A stretch of DNA of 64,000 nt from Pirellulales bacterium (GTDB lineage Bacteria > Planctomycetota > Planctomycetia > Pirellulales > JBBRCE01): the NCBI GenBank assembly GCA_038205115.1, contig JBBRCE010000011.1, positions 260 through 64,259 on the forward strand. The letters are read 5' to 3'. Positions 39,942 through 51,088 of this stretch are shown piece by piece (the stretch's first letter is position 1; each line of letters begins with the position of its first letter). The notes under the pieces were generated by a model. The model saw only the letters and a list, made by a program, of their open reading frames with translations, made no database searches and was not told where the DNA came from. A program made the position numbers and the translations under genes.

Positions 39942-41312
39942 ATGGAAGAACCGATCATCAGTGTTTCGGGACTGCGAGGAATCGTCGGAAAATCATTGAC
40001 GGCCGAAATTGCTCAACGGTATGCTTCCGCGCTGATCCAGACGTTGCCGCCTGGGCCAATTGTGATTTCGCGAGATGGCCGCGGCAGCGGGCCGATGTTG
40101 GCCGCCGCGCTGCGAGCGTGCTTAACCCACGCCGGCCGCAATGTGCTGGATGCCGACGTGGCAGCCACGCCAACCACGGGCGTCTTGGTCCGCCAGCGCC
40201 AGGCTGCGGGTGGCGTGCAGATTTCGGCGAGCCATAATCCGGCCGAGTATAACGGTCTCAAACTGTTTTCCGCCGCGGGACGAGTCATTCCGGCCGCAAA
40301 CGGCGAACAGGTGATGGCCGCTTATCGGCAATTGACAGCATCGCCGTTCGATACTTCGCCTGTCGAAAAGACCCAGTTGGTTACGCCGATTGCCGATACC
40401 ACGACGGCGCACTGGGAATTGATTCGTGCGTGCGTTGACGTGGCCGCGATTCGTCGCCGTAAATTTCGGGTGTTGCTGGATGCCAATCACGGTGCCGGCT
40501 CGATTCTCGGCAAGCGACTGCTGCAAGAACTGGATTGCCGGGTCACCGTGGTTGGCGAACCGCCGGACGGAAAGTTCGTCCACTTGCCTGAGCCCACCGC
40601 GGAAAATCTGCAGGGCGTACTGCGACAAGTCACCGAGCTACGGGCCGATGTTGGCTTTTGCCAAGACCCCGACGCGGATCGTTTGGCGGTCATCGACGCC
40701 AGTGGCCGCTACCTAGGCGAAGAATATACGCTGGCCATGTGCGTCGACCATGTGCTCCGCCAGCATCCGGGTCCGGTGGTCACCAATTGCTCGACGAGCC
40801 GCATGTCCGAGGATCTGGCCGCGAGATATCACGTGCCGTTCTTCCGTTCGGCCGTTGGCGAAGCGAACGTCGTCGACTGCATGCTGGCCAACAACGCCGT
40901 GATTGGCGGCGAAGGCAACGGCGGCGCGATCGACCCGCGCGTCGTGCTGGTTCGCGACAGTTTCATCGGCATGGCGCTACTGCTCGACGCAATGGCGGCG
41001 CGTTCCGCCAGCATTGCGCAATTGGCCGACGAACTACCACGTTACGAAATCGTAAAAACCAAATTCACGCTGGCCAGCGATCGACTGCCGGCGGCATTGA
41101 ACGCCTTAAGGCTGCACTTTTCCGACGCCCGTTTCAGCACGCTCGACGGTCTGCGGCTAGATTGGCCCGGCCGATGGCTGCTAGTCCGCGCCAGTAACAC
41201 CGAACCCATCGTCCGCGCCATTGCCGAGGCCGCCAGCCACTCCGAGGCGGACCGCCTGTGCCGCGAAACCGGCGAAGTGATTCGCAAACTGGGCCAATTG
41301 GCCGGCAGCTAA
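39942..41312 (+). CDS. Phosphohexomutase (phosphomannomutase/phosphoglucomutase/GlmM family)
   Basis: 'ISVSGLRGIVG' and the active-site 'ISASHNPAEYNGLKLF'. Four-domain length. Confidence 0.85.
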   Translation: MEEPIISVSGLRGIVGKSLTAEIAQRYASALIQTLPPGPIVISRDGRGSGPMLAAALRACLTHAGRNVLDADVAATPTTGVLVRQRQAAGGVQISASHNPAEYNGLKLFSAAGRVIPAANGEQVMAAYRQLTASPFDTSPVEKTQLVTPIADTTTAHWELIRACVDVAAIRRRKFRVLLDANHGAGSILGKRLLQELDCRVTVVGEPPDGKFVHLPEPTAENLQGVLRQVTELRADVGFCQDPDADRLAVIDASGRYLGEEYTLAMCVDHVLRQHPGPVVTNCSTSRMSEDLAARYHVPFFRSAVGEANVVDCMLANNAVIGGEGNGGAIDPRVVLVRDSFIGMALLLDAMAARSASIAQLADELPRYEIVKTKFTLASDRLPAALNALRLHFSDARFSTLDGLRLDWPGRWLLVRASNTEPIVRAIAEAASHSEADRLCRETGEVIRKLGQLAGS

Positions 41313-41461
41313 TCATCGGGTGCGATGCGCCCGCGAAAATTTCGCGCGGCGATGTACTGTCGTTCGGACCTGCGGCAGTTACAATACGAGTTGCGGACGT
41401 CCACGGTGACGGTCCGCTGCTGGACGTCCCACCCCTTTGACCTCGCTTCGGAGTTTCCCAC

Positions 41462-42109
41462 ATGCGTTTGCGCTGGACTGTACGCTTTGCTGCCCTTTGT
41501 TCTGTGATGTTGTTAGTCAGTTCGTCGTTGCTGCGGGCAGCCGACGACGGCGAATTCAAACCGATGTTCAACGGCAAAGATTTGAGCGGCTGGACCGGCG
41601 ACAAAGACCTCTGGAGCTTTGCTGACGGCGTGGTCACCGGATCGACCGAGAGCAAAAAGCTCACGCACAATTCATTTCTGGCGACCGAAAAGCCCTACAA
41701 GAACTTCATCATCAAGGCGCAGTTCAAACTCCGTAATCACAACTCCGGCATTCAGATTCGCAGCAAGCAATTTCCGGACTACGTGGTCAAAGGCTATCAG
41801 TCCGATATGGACGAAGCCAACACCTACACCGGCGCCTTGTACGAAGAAGGCGGACGCGGCATTTTGGCCAAGCCGGCCGCGGGTTCCAAAGACAAGGTCA
41901 AAAAAGGCGAATGGAATGATTACCTGATAACCGTGGATGGCCCGCACATCAAACAGGAAGTCAACGGCTTCACAACCGTCGATTACACCGAAAAAGACGA
42001 AGTCAAAGGCGCCAAAGAAGGTATCATCGCCCTGCAGTTGCACGCCGGAGCGCCGATGAAAGTCGAGTACAAAGACGTAATGATCAAAGTCCTGCCCGAC
42101 AGCAAATAG
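41462..42109 (+). CDS. DUF1080 (3-keto-disaccharide hydrolase / LamG-like jelly-roll) secreted protein
   Basis: Signal peptide and 'FKPMFNGKDLSGWTGDKDLWSFADGVVTG...GIQIRS...GEWNDYLITVDGPHIKQEVNG...GIIALQLH', the typical DUF1080 pattern. Confidence 0.8.
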   Translation: MRLRWTVRFAALCSVMLLVSSSLLRAADDGEFKPMFNGKDLSGWTGDKDLWSFADGVVTGSTESKKLTHNSFLATEKPYKNFIIKAQFKLRNHNSGIQIRSKQFPDYVVKGYQSDMDEANTYTGALYEEGGRGILAKPAAGSKDKVKKGEWNDYLITVDGPHIKQEVNGFTTVDYTEKDEVKGAKEGIIALQLHAGAPMKVEYKDVMIKVLPDSK

Positions 42110-42140
42110 TTTGCTGGCGACGGCAACGGAATGGCACAAA

Positions 42141-42178
42141 CCCTGGCGAATCGACAACGGTTCGCCAGGGTTCGTCGT

Positions 42179-42180
<2 letters not shown>
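42141..42180. terminator. Hairpin between convergent genes (putative bidirectional terminator)
   Basis: CCCTGGCGAA-tcgacaacgg-TTCGCCAGGG followed by ttcgtcgttt. Confidence 0.5.
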
Positions 42181-43890
<1,710 letters not shown>

Positions 43891-43891
<1 letters not shown>

Positions 43892-44985
43892 TACCGGGCC
43901 CTCAATTCTTGCGTCGCCATCTCCGTGCCTTGTATTCGCGCGCGAATTTTTTCGAAGGCGGTTTCTCGGCTGGTTGTGGTGTCGTCACTGAATGGCGAAA
44001 AGCCGCAGTCGTCGGTGCTGCCCAGTTGTTCGGCCGGTATGTACTTCGCGGCTTGCAACACGCGGTCGCGCACCAGTTCCGGCGACTCGATCCGCGGATC
44101 GATCGCGGAAATCACGCCGACAAAAATCCGCTGACCGGGCTTCATATTGTCGCGAATGATTTTGAGCACTCGCACCGGATCGGCTTCGTCGGCCAAAGCA
44201 ATGTAAAACATGCCGACCTTCAGCTCGAAGAGACTCGGCAGCAAATCGGCGTAGTCCACATCGCCGCTGTGCGTCGAGTTGCGGTCGGCGCCCGCGCAGG
44301 TGTGTACGCCAATCCGTTGCCGCTGCTCGTCAGAAAAACGCAGCAGCGCCAGGTTGTTCAGATCGATGAAGTCGTGCAGCAACTGCCCGGTGGGATCGAG
44401 CTTGATCGCCAGCCGACCTTCCGTGAAATCGATCTGCACGCAGTGCGCGCCAAGCGCCAGACAGTTGCGGACCTCGGACTCATGTTCGTTGAGCAAGTCT
44501 CGCAAGAATTCATCGCGCGAGTAGCCATCGATTTCCTGCTCGGGATACAGCAAGCTCAACGCTGAAGGCGAAATCACCGCCTGCTTGACCGGCACCCGCG
44601 CATGCTGCAACGCAAATTTCAAAAACTCTTCGCCACGTTGCCGATACCGAAACGGTCCGCCCGTAAGCCGTGGCATGCGGCGGGTGTGGCCGGCCGCAAA
44701 CGGAATTCGGAACCCATCCGGGGCCGTGTTCGTTGCGCCCTCGACGCAATACGTCAGAAAATTGTGGTACTTCCGCTGCTCGCCATCGGTGATGACAGGC
44801 GAACCGGTGGCTTCGAACTGCTGGATCGTGTCGCGAATGGACCGATCGTAGAGTGAATCCAAATCCTCGACCGCGACGCCGTGTGTATTTGCCGCTGCGA
44901 TCAAGTCGTGGGGCCGCGGTATGCTGCCGATCGGCTCAGTGGGTATGATCATTCGCCAACGCTCCGCCAACTCAATTGCGTCCAA
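43891..44985 (-). CDS. Cobalamin-independent methionine-synthase (MetE) C-terminal-domain-like methyltransferase
   Basis: 364 aa. 'TEPIGSIPRP' N-terminal motif and MetE/UROD-like fold signatures (HTCAG, 'DEA'). 1-bp overlap with the upstream kinase gene. Confidence 0.7.
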
Positions 44986-45103
44986 CTCAACCCAACAGCT
45001 GGGTTGATCCGGCTCGGCAATCTTGGCCCGACGGCAGGTTACATCTTAGTTCGCGGCGCGGCGTTTGACTACCCACCGCCGGCAAGTTCGCCACCGGCTG
45101 CTA

Positions 45104-46252
45104 TCAAGCGCCAAAGATCCGCTCATATTCGCGCTGGGCGAAACGGTCGGTCATGCCAGCCAGGTAGTCGCTCACGCTACGAGCCACGCCGACCGATTCG
45201 ATTCGCGATTGAAAGCTGATTGGCATGCCTTCCGGTTGCCGCGAGAAGTGTTCGAACATGGCCCGCAGCTTTTGTTGCGCCCGCGTGCGGACCATCAAGA
45301 TCTGTGGATGCCGATAAACCCGCCGAAACAAAAAGCGTTCCAACTCGGCCTTTTGCTCGACGATTTCCGGACTGGCCACAATCAACGTCCCCGCCGCGCG
45401 AACGGCGGCCAGGCTGTCGATGCCTTGCTGCCGCAACCGCAGGGCCGTCTGTTGCATCAAGTCGCCGACTTGCCAGTCGATGAGTTCGTGCAGCACCGCG
45501 TGACGCAATTCATCGCGATCCAAGTTCGCGTAACGACGGCCGACGCGCTGCGCGGCTTCGCGCCACAAGCGACATTGCAACAACTCGTCGAGCGTCAGAA
45601 GTTTCATTTCCAGCGCATCGTCGGCGTCGTGCGTGTCGTAGGCCACGCTGTCGGCCGCGTCGACGACTTGCGCTTCCAAATCAGGACGATGTTCGCGCGG
45701 TTGGCTTTTGTCGATCCGCGCCGCTTGCCCAGCCAGCACCTCCAGCGTGAGGTTCAAACCGGGAAAGTCCGGATAGCGAATTTCCAGCTCTTCCAGAATT
45801 CGCAGACCGTGTCGATTATGGCTGAATCCGCCTTCGTCGCGCAGACATTCATCAAGGGTGTCTTCGCCGGCGTGTCCAAACGGCGGATGCCCTAGGTCGT
45901 GCGCGAGCGCCAGCGCTTCGATCAAATCTTCGTTGAGCCGCAGCGCCCTGCCGAGCGATCGCGCGATGCTGGTGGCCTCCAGCGTGTGCGTGAGCCGCGT
46001 GCGATGGTAATCGCCGACATCGCCGGTAAACACCTGCGTCTTATAACTCAGCCGCCGATACGCCGCGCTGTGAATGATGCGATCGCGATCGCGAGAGAAC
46101 GGCCCGCGGTACGGATGGAGCGGCTCGAAGTGTTTGCGTCCGGCCGAGTGCGCGCTGTGCACGGCGTACGGCGCAAGAATGGCGGCCTCGCGCTGGGCCA
46201 CGGTTTGTAAGCAAGCATGCTCCCCTGGCGCGCCAGGATCGTCGTCAAACAA
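45104..46252 (-). CDS. dgt: dGTP triphosphohydrolase-like HD-domain protein
   Basis: 'PYRGPFSRDRDRIIHSAAYRRLSYKTQVF', 'RLTHTLEATSIARSLGR' and 'HDLGHPPFGHAGE' are dGTPase (Dgt) family motifs. Confidence 0.85.
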   Translation of the reverse strand: MFDDDPGAPGEHACLQTVAQREAAILAPYAVHSAHSAGRKHFEPLHPYRGPFSRDRDRIIHSAAYRRLSYKTQVFTGDVGDYHRTRLTHTLEATSIARSLGRALRLNEDLIEALALAHDLGHPPFGHAGEDTLDECLRDEGGFSHNRHGLRILEELEIRYPDFPGLNLTLEVLAGQAARIDKSQPREHRPDLEAQVVDAADSVAYDTHDADDALEMKLLTLDELLQCRLWREAAQRVGRRYANLDRDELRHAVLHELIDWQVGDLMQQTALRLRQQGIDSLAAVRAAGTLIVASPEIVEQKAELERFLFRRVYRHPQILMVRTRAQQKLRAMFEHFSRQPEGMPISFQSRIESVGVARSVSDYLAGMTDRFAQREYERIFGA

Positions 46253-46371
46253 GGCAACTCAGCCGCAATTGTCTCAAGATGTTCGAAACCTTCATTGCCC
46301 ATCGATTGTAGGAAATCCGTCTGCCGCTCACAACGGACGCGCCGTTTTGGTAGTGATGCGTTTGAAATTGT

Positions 46372-46400
46372 TTGACATTTGGGACGTGGTCTGCGACTAT
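46372..46400 (+). promoter_or_regulatory. Near-consensus sigma70-type promoter for the REase gene, implying a leaderless transcript
   Basis: TTGACA (46372-46377), 17-nt spacer, GACTAT (46395-46400). The first ATG in frame is at 46409, only ~1-2 nt downstream of the predicted TSS. Confidence 0.4.
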
Positions 46401-46408
46401 TTGCAGGC

Positions 46409-47095
46409 ATGGAAATCCCCTCAGATATTCTATCTCGCTACGTCATCGAAGAGCATCGCCACGCCTGGGGCATTCTGACCGAAAGTTGCTCCGTCGAGCA
46501 TCATGACATTATCCACGGTCTGCAACTATTCCGGTTGCTGCGAAGCGAGATCATCGCTCCAGGTGGACGCAAAACAAAGATCGTAGAACGGTTGGAGTCA
46601 ATCTTCCACGAAAAGGGCTGGCGAGAAGAAAGTAGTCAGATCGAGGTCAAGGTCAATGGCGTTGTTCGAGAATCGAACACGCACAAGATCGACCTTTGCA
46701 AAGGCCGAGTCGCCTGCGAAATCCAATGGAACAGCAAGGACGGTGTTTTCTCTCGCGATCTTGCTACGTTGCGCATGCTTCACGAACTAAATGTCATCTC
46801 GCTTGGTGTTATTATTACGCGATGCGACCAATTGCAAGATCTGTTCCGGGATCTCGGCTATGGAGCCGACAACAAGCCGATTCAGCAGAAGTATGGCGCA
46901 TCAACAACGCACTGGAGCAAATTAGTTCGGCGCGTTGGGAACAACGACGCCGGAATGTGTCCGGTGTTGATGATCGGCATTGGCCGAGAGTGTTACGAGG
47001 ACGATTTGCCGGAAGTTCCCATCCGACCGTTGCCATCTAGACGCGGCCGCTTTGGCGCAACGATTGAAGAGGAAATCGAAGACGACGACGAATGA
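46409..47095 (+). CDS. Type II restriction endonuclease, BglII/BstYI family
   Basis: 'KIDLCKGRVACEIQWNSK' aligns with the BglII catalytic core 'DIDFGKRDTLVEVQFSN' (Asp, Glu-x-Gln; D-N8-E-x-Q spacing). 'VIITR' corresponds to BglII 'IIITK'. The ORF is open from a TTG at 46379. Local GC is lower than the surroundings. Confidence 0.8.
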   Translation: MEIPSDILSRYVIEEHRHAWGILTESCSVEHHDIIHGLQLFRLLRSEIIAPGGRKTKIVERLESIFHEKGWREESSQIEVKVNGVVRESNTHKIDLCKGRVACEIQWNSKDGVFSRDLATLRMLHELNVISLGVIITRCDQLQDLFRDLGYGADNKPIQQKYGASTTHWSKLVRRVGNNDAGMCPVLMIGIGRECYEDDLPEVPIRPLPSRRGRFGATIEEEIEDDDE

Positions 47096-47706
47096 CCATT
47101 GTACGCCTTGTAGAGCGGACGCGTGTGCAAGTAGGTGTCGAGTTCATCGCCCCACTGCGTCCAGCCCACGCGGCGTTCCCTCGCAAACAACTCCAAGAAA
47201 GGGCCAGGGCTGCACGATTCGACAATGTCGTACATTTCTTCTGGCTTACGCGAATGCTCTTGCTTGCGGGTCTTGAGGAAATTGACCTGCGTGCGGCCAG
47301 GTTGAAGCGTTCGCATTTTGCCGCGTATGCCGAATAGCACAAGCTCGGTGACGTTGCGAAAATAGAAGCCAACGCCACGGCCATCTGGTCCACCATCCTT
47401 ACGGATTTTGTGCCAGACGATGTTCGATTTGTAAGTAAAGCCCCATGCCCTCATGACTTGCAAGCCCTCTTGCAGAAGCGCATTTGGCACCCATAGATAC
47501 AAATGGCTCTTGTCGTCCGCGTGCGATTGGATTGGCATCGCGCAGATTTGATCCAGCGTCATGGTGCTGTACCGTTTGAGCCGTTTATGCTCGGGCGCGA
47601 CTTTGCCAGTTTTGTTCTGAAATTGCCAAGGCGGATCGGCAAGGATCGTTGAATACACACCATCTAAGGCCGGCAGGCCCGGCAATAAGTTAGGTTTCGC
47701 TTTCAT
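46993..47706 (-). CDS. MT-A70-family DNA N6-adenine methyltransferase (modification subunit)
   Basis: 'ILADPPWQFQN' DPPW catalytic motif, 'HLYLWV' and 'WGF...IVW' MT-A70 motifs. The Ser-rich C-terminal tail lies antisense to the REase's acidic tail. Confidence 0.85.
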   Translation of the reverse strand: MKAKPNLLPGLPALDGVYSTILADPPWQFQNKTGKVAPEHKRLKRYSTMTLDQICAMPIQSHADDKSHLYLWVPNALLQEGLQVMRAWGFTYKSNIVWHKIRKDGGPDGRGVGFYFRNVTELVLFGIRGKMRTLQPGRTQVNFLKTRKQEHSRKPEEMYDIVESCSPGPFLELFARERRVGWTQWGDELDTYLHTRPLYKAYNGHSSSSSISSSIVAPKRPRLDGNGRMGTSGKSSS

Positions 47707-48051
47707 TGGTGACTCCCTTCAAGCAAATTCGAGAAGCTCCACAGAGTCTCCGTGACCCGGCGGCCATTGCGGGTGAGACACGCATCCTACCAGGACGCCA
47801 GCAGAACTTGTAGTACGATATGTGCAGATCAATGGCCACTTCAAGGTCGTCGAATTTCTTCGAGAAACCTCGCGCGAATCGAGTGAATCGCTTCATGGAC
47901 GTGCGGATAGTTAGTTTGTTCCGCTCAGCAAGCAGCGTGTTAGCGTGGCGGCCGGGGCGTCCCCTCGCATCGCGTCGCGGCGCTGATTACAATAGGCCAG
48001 CGATCCCTCCAGCCGACTGGCCTCCTTCACGACTAGCCCCACACAACTTGC

Positions 48052-49620
48052 ATGAGCACCGCGGATTCGACGCTCGTCAAATTCAATCGCACTGCCTGGC
48101 TGATTTGCATCATCGCCGCGATGGGATTCCTGTTCGATACCTATGAATTGCTGATGCTGCCGTTGATCATCCGGCCGGCCATGAGCGAATTGCTGCACGT
48201 CAAGCCTAACACGCCGGAGTTCAAGGAGGCATTTGATTTTTGGTATCAGATGCTGTTCTATCTACCTGCCCTGTGCGGTGGAATTTTCGGTCTGCTCGGC
48301 GGATACCTAACGGATCGGCTCGGCCGTCGGCGCGTGCTGACGTGGAGCATTCTGCTGTATGCCGTTTCTGCTTGCGCGGCCGGCATGAGCACCTCGATGC
48401 CGATGCTGGTGTTTTTCCGCGTGACCACGTTCATTGGCGTCTGTGTGGAATTCGTCGCGGCGGTGGCCTGGCTGGCCGAGATGTTTTCGCACCCGCATCA
48501 GCGCGAGAAGGTGCTCGGCTACACGCAGGCATTTTCGTCGTTTGGCGGTTTGATGGTGGCCTTTGTGTTCGCGCTGTGCTTGAAGCATGCGTCCGCTCTG
48601 CCGTCGATTCCATTCATCGGCGGGGTTGCCGGACTGGATACGCATGCCGCTTGGCGATACACCTTGATTTCTGGTTTGATTCCCGCGTTGCCGCTGATTC
48701 TGATCCGGCCGTTTTTGCCGGAATCGCCCGCGTGGCAATTGAAAAAGTCGCAAGGCACGTTGCGTCGTCCGAGTGTCACCGAGTTATTCGCGCCGCAGTA
48801 TCGCCGGGCCACACTGATCACAGGCTTGATGTTTGCCTGCAGTTTGGGAGTCGCATTCGGCTCAATTCAACACATCGCCACGATCGTGCCGGGGCTGGCC
48901 AAAGCGCCGGCGAAAATCGGCGACGATCCCAAGATGCCAACCGCGTCCAAGGAAGAAGCCAAGCCGGCAGCCGAAAAAACGCCGGCAACTTCGACGGCCG
49001 ACACGGCGCGGGCCGTGCAGCTTGCCAGCGACAATCCGGATGCCAAGAAAAACGTCGACGCCGAGAAAAAGCCTGTCGCCAAGCCTGCAGGGCCGCCGCC
49101 ACCCGATCCAAACCAAGTCTTGACCGCGCAAGTTCAGAAGTTCCAGGAGTTGGGCGGCTTGCTGGGCCGTTGCGCAATGGCCTTTTTGGCGACCGTCATT
49201 ATTAGCCGACAGCGTTTGATTCGGTTATTTCAAATTCCCGGATTGATCATTACTCCGCTGGTGTTTTATTTTGCGCCGGGGATGTCTCCCGAATTGTTTC
49301 AATGGGGAATGCTGTTGGTCGGTTTTATGGCGGTTGCCCAGTTGAGTTTTTGGGGCAACTATCTACCGCGCGTTTATCCGTTGCATTTGCGCGGCACCGG
49401 CGAGAGCTTTGCTGCCAACATTGGCGGCCGCATGATTGGGACGTCAGCAGCGTTGATTACGGTGAATCTGGCTCCTCACATGCCGAAAATCGTTGGGCTG
49501 CCGGATAAATCGGTCGGATTTGCTTACGCGGCCGCCATCGTCGGCGGCTCCGTGTACTTAATTGGCTTGATTGCCAGTTTTTGGTTACCTGAGCCGCCAG
49601 AAGAACTCTCTGCCGAGTAA
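48052..49620 (+). CDS. MFS transporter with a ~100-aa Ala/Pro/Lys-rich central loop insertion
   Basis: 12 TM-like segments. MFS motif 'GYLTDRLGRRRV'. Long hydrophilic insert PAKIGDDPKMPTASKEEAKPAAEKTPA...PAGPPPPDPNQ. Confidence 0.85.
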   Translation: MSTADSTLVKFNRTAWLICIIAAMGFLFDTYELLMLPLIIRPAMSELLHVKPNTPEFKEAFDFWYQMLFYLPALCGGIFGLLGGYLTDRLGRRRVLTWSILLYAVSACAAGMSTSMPMLVFFRVTTFIGVCVEFVAAVAWLAEMFSHPHQREKVLGYTQAFSSFGGLMVAFVFALCLKHASALPSIPFIGGVAGLDTHAAWRYTLISGLIPALPLILIRPFLPESPAWQLKKSQGTLRRPSVTELFAPQYRRATLITGLMFACSLGVAFGSIQHIATIVPGLAKAPAKIGDDPKMPTASKEEAKPAAEKTPATSTADTARAVQLASDNPDAKKNVDAEKKPVAKPAGPPPPDPNQVLTAQVQKFQELGGLLGRCAMAFLATVIISRQRLIRLFQIPGLIITPLVFYFAPGMSPELFQWGMLLVGFMAVAQLSFWGNYLPRVYPLHLRGTGESFAANIGGRMIGTSAALITVNLAPHMPKIVGLPDKSVGFAYAAAIVGGSVYLIGLIASFWLPEPPEELSAE

Positions 49621-49626
49621 ACCGCA

Positions 49627-50943
49627 ATGCGTAATGGCTCGCCCAACACTGGCAAATGGCTGGCGCTCGCCGCGGCCATTTTGGGCTGGATGTTTGACGG
49701 CGTCGAAATCGGCCTGTTTCCGCTGGTTGCCAAACCGGCGCTGAACGAACTGATGGGCGAGGCCGAGACCAAGGCGCACTTCGTCGGCTGGTTGGCCGTA
49801 GTGACCGCCGTCTTTCTGTTGGGCGCGGCATTTGGTGGCGTGCTGTTTGGCTGGTTGGGCGATCGCATTGGCCGCGTCAAAGCCATGGTCTACAGCGTGC
49901 TGACGTATGCCATCTTTTCCGGACTATGCGGCTTTGCTCAGGCTGCCTGGCAGTTGGCCGTGCTGCGGGCGATTGCTTCGCTGGGCATGGGTGGCGAGTG
50001 GGCGCTCGGCGTGGCGCTGGTGATGGAAATTTGGCCCAGCCGCGCCCGACCGATCTTGGCCGGCTTGATCGGCGCGGCCGCGAATATTGGCTTTTTGTTG
50101 ATCGCCCTGCTGGGGCTAGCGATTGCCAAAAATTCCGCGGCGCTGGGTGCGGGATTTTCCGCGATCGGTTTTTCCGAAGCGACAACCAGCTACCTACTCG
50201 GCGGCGACAAATCCGGCTGGCGGCTACTGATGTTTGCCGGCGCGCTGCCGGCGCTGCTGACGTTTGTCATTCGCATCTTCGTGCCTGAGTCGGAACGTTG
50301 GCAGCACGCCACGGCCGCTGGTCGCGACAAACCGCGGCTGGCGGAAATCTTTTCTGGTAAACTGCTGCGAAACACGCTGCTCGGCACGTTATTGAGCACC
50401 GTGGTCCTCCTGGGCACCTGGGGTTCCATACAGTGGATTCCGAGTTGGGTGGGCGAACAACTCCAACCGGGCGATCCGGCCGCCCGCGCGTGGGCGCAAA
50501 TTTATTCGGCCTGTGGTGCGTCGGTTGGCAGCTTACTGGTGGCGTTTGTCGCGGTGGCCATCCCGCGCCGCTGGACGTATTTCTTATTGAGTGCTTCGTC
50601 GCTGATTGTCTGCTCGTTTCTCTTCCGCGGCAATTTCGCTTACGGCAGCGGCTTTTTGTGGACCGTGGCGCTCGCCGGACTGACAACCGCTGGATTTTAC
50701 GGTTGGTTGCCACTCTACTTGCCCGAGCTTTTCCCGACCCGCATTCGCGCCACCGGCCAAGGCTTTGCCTACAACGCCGGTCGAATTTTTGCGGCCGTCG
50801 GTACGTTGCTCAACGCTCAATTGGCGATGTCGCTCGATAAAGATTTTGCTCGTTGCGGCGCACTGACCTGTTTGATCTACGCCGTTGGGATGGTGGTGAT
50901 TTGGTTTTGTCCGGAAACCAAGGGTCAACCGTTGCCGGAATAG
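49627..50943 (+). CDS. MFS transporter (paralogue of the upstream gene)
   Basis: 'GWLGDRIGRVKAM' MFS motif. 12 TM-like segments. 6 bp downstream of the previous MFS gene. Confidence 0.85.
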   Translation: MRNGSPNTGKWLALAAAILGWMFDGVEIGLFPLVAKPALNELMGEAETKAHFVGWLAVVTAVFLLGAAFGGVLFGWLGDRIGRVKAMVYSVLTYAIFSGLCGFAQAAWQLAVLRAIASLGMGGEWALGVALVMEIWPSRARPILAGLIGAAANIGFLLIALLGLAIAKNSAALGAGFSAIGFSEATTSYLLGGDKSGWRLLMFAGALPALLTFVIRIFVPESERWQHATAAGRDKPRLAEIFSGKLLRNTLLGTLLSTVVLLGTWGSIQWIPSWVGEQLQPGDPAARAWAQIYSACGASVGSLLVAFVAVAIPRRWTYFLLSASSLIVCSFLFRGNFAYGSGFLWTVALAGLTTAGFYGWLPLYLPELFPTRIRATGQGFAYNAGRIFAAVGTLLNAQLAMSLDKDFARCGALTCLIYAVGMVVIWFCPETKGQPLPE

Positions 50944-51088
50944 CGTGCGACTCCGCGTCGCAGGCAAGATTCCATTTCCGAGCATCTGCCCAGCGCGGCG
51001 ATTCCGAAGTAGCAATCCTGCTCGAATTTGCTAATCTAAAAGCTCGCGGAAGGTGCGATTCGAATCACGCAAACGGGAGTGCGCACGA

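Noticed and set aside
51055-51075. tRNA T-loop-like 'gcgattcgaatcacgc' near the esterase gene start
   Set aside because: Only a short palindrome. No acceptor, D or anticodon arms. It lies within the 5' leader of the esterase gene.
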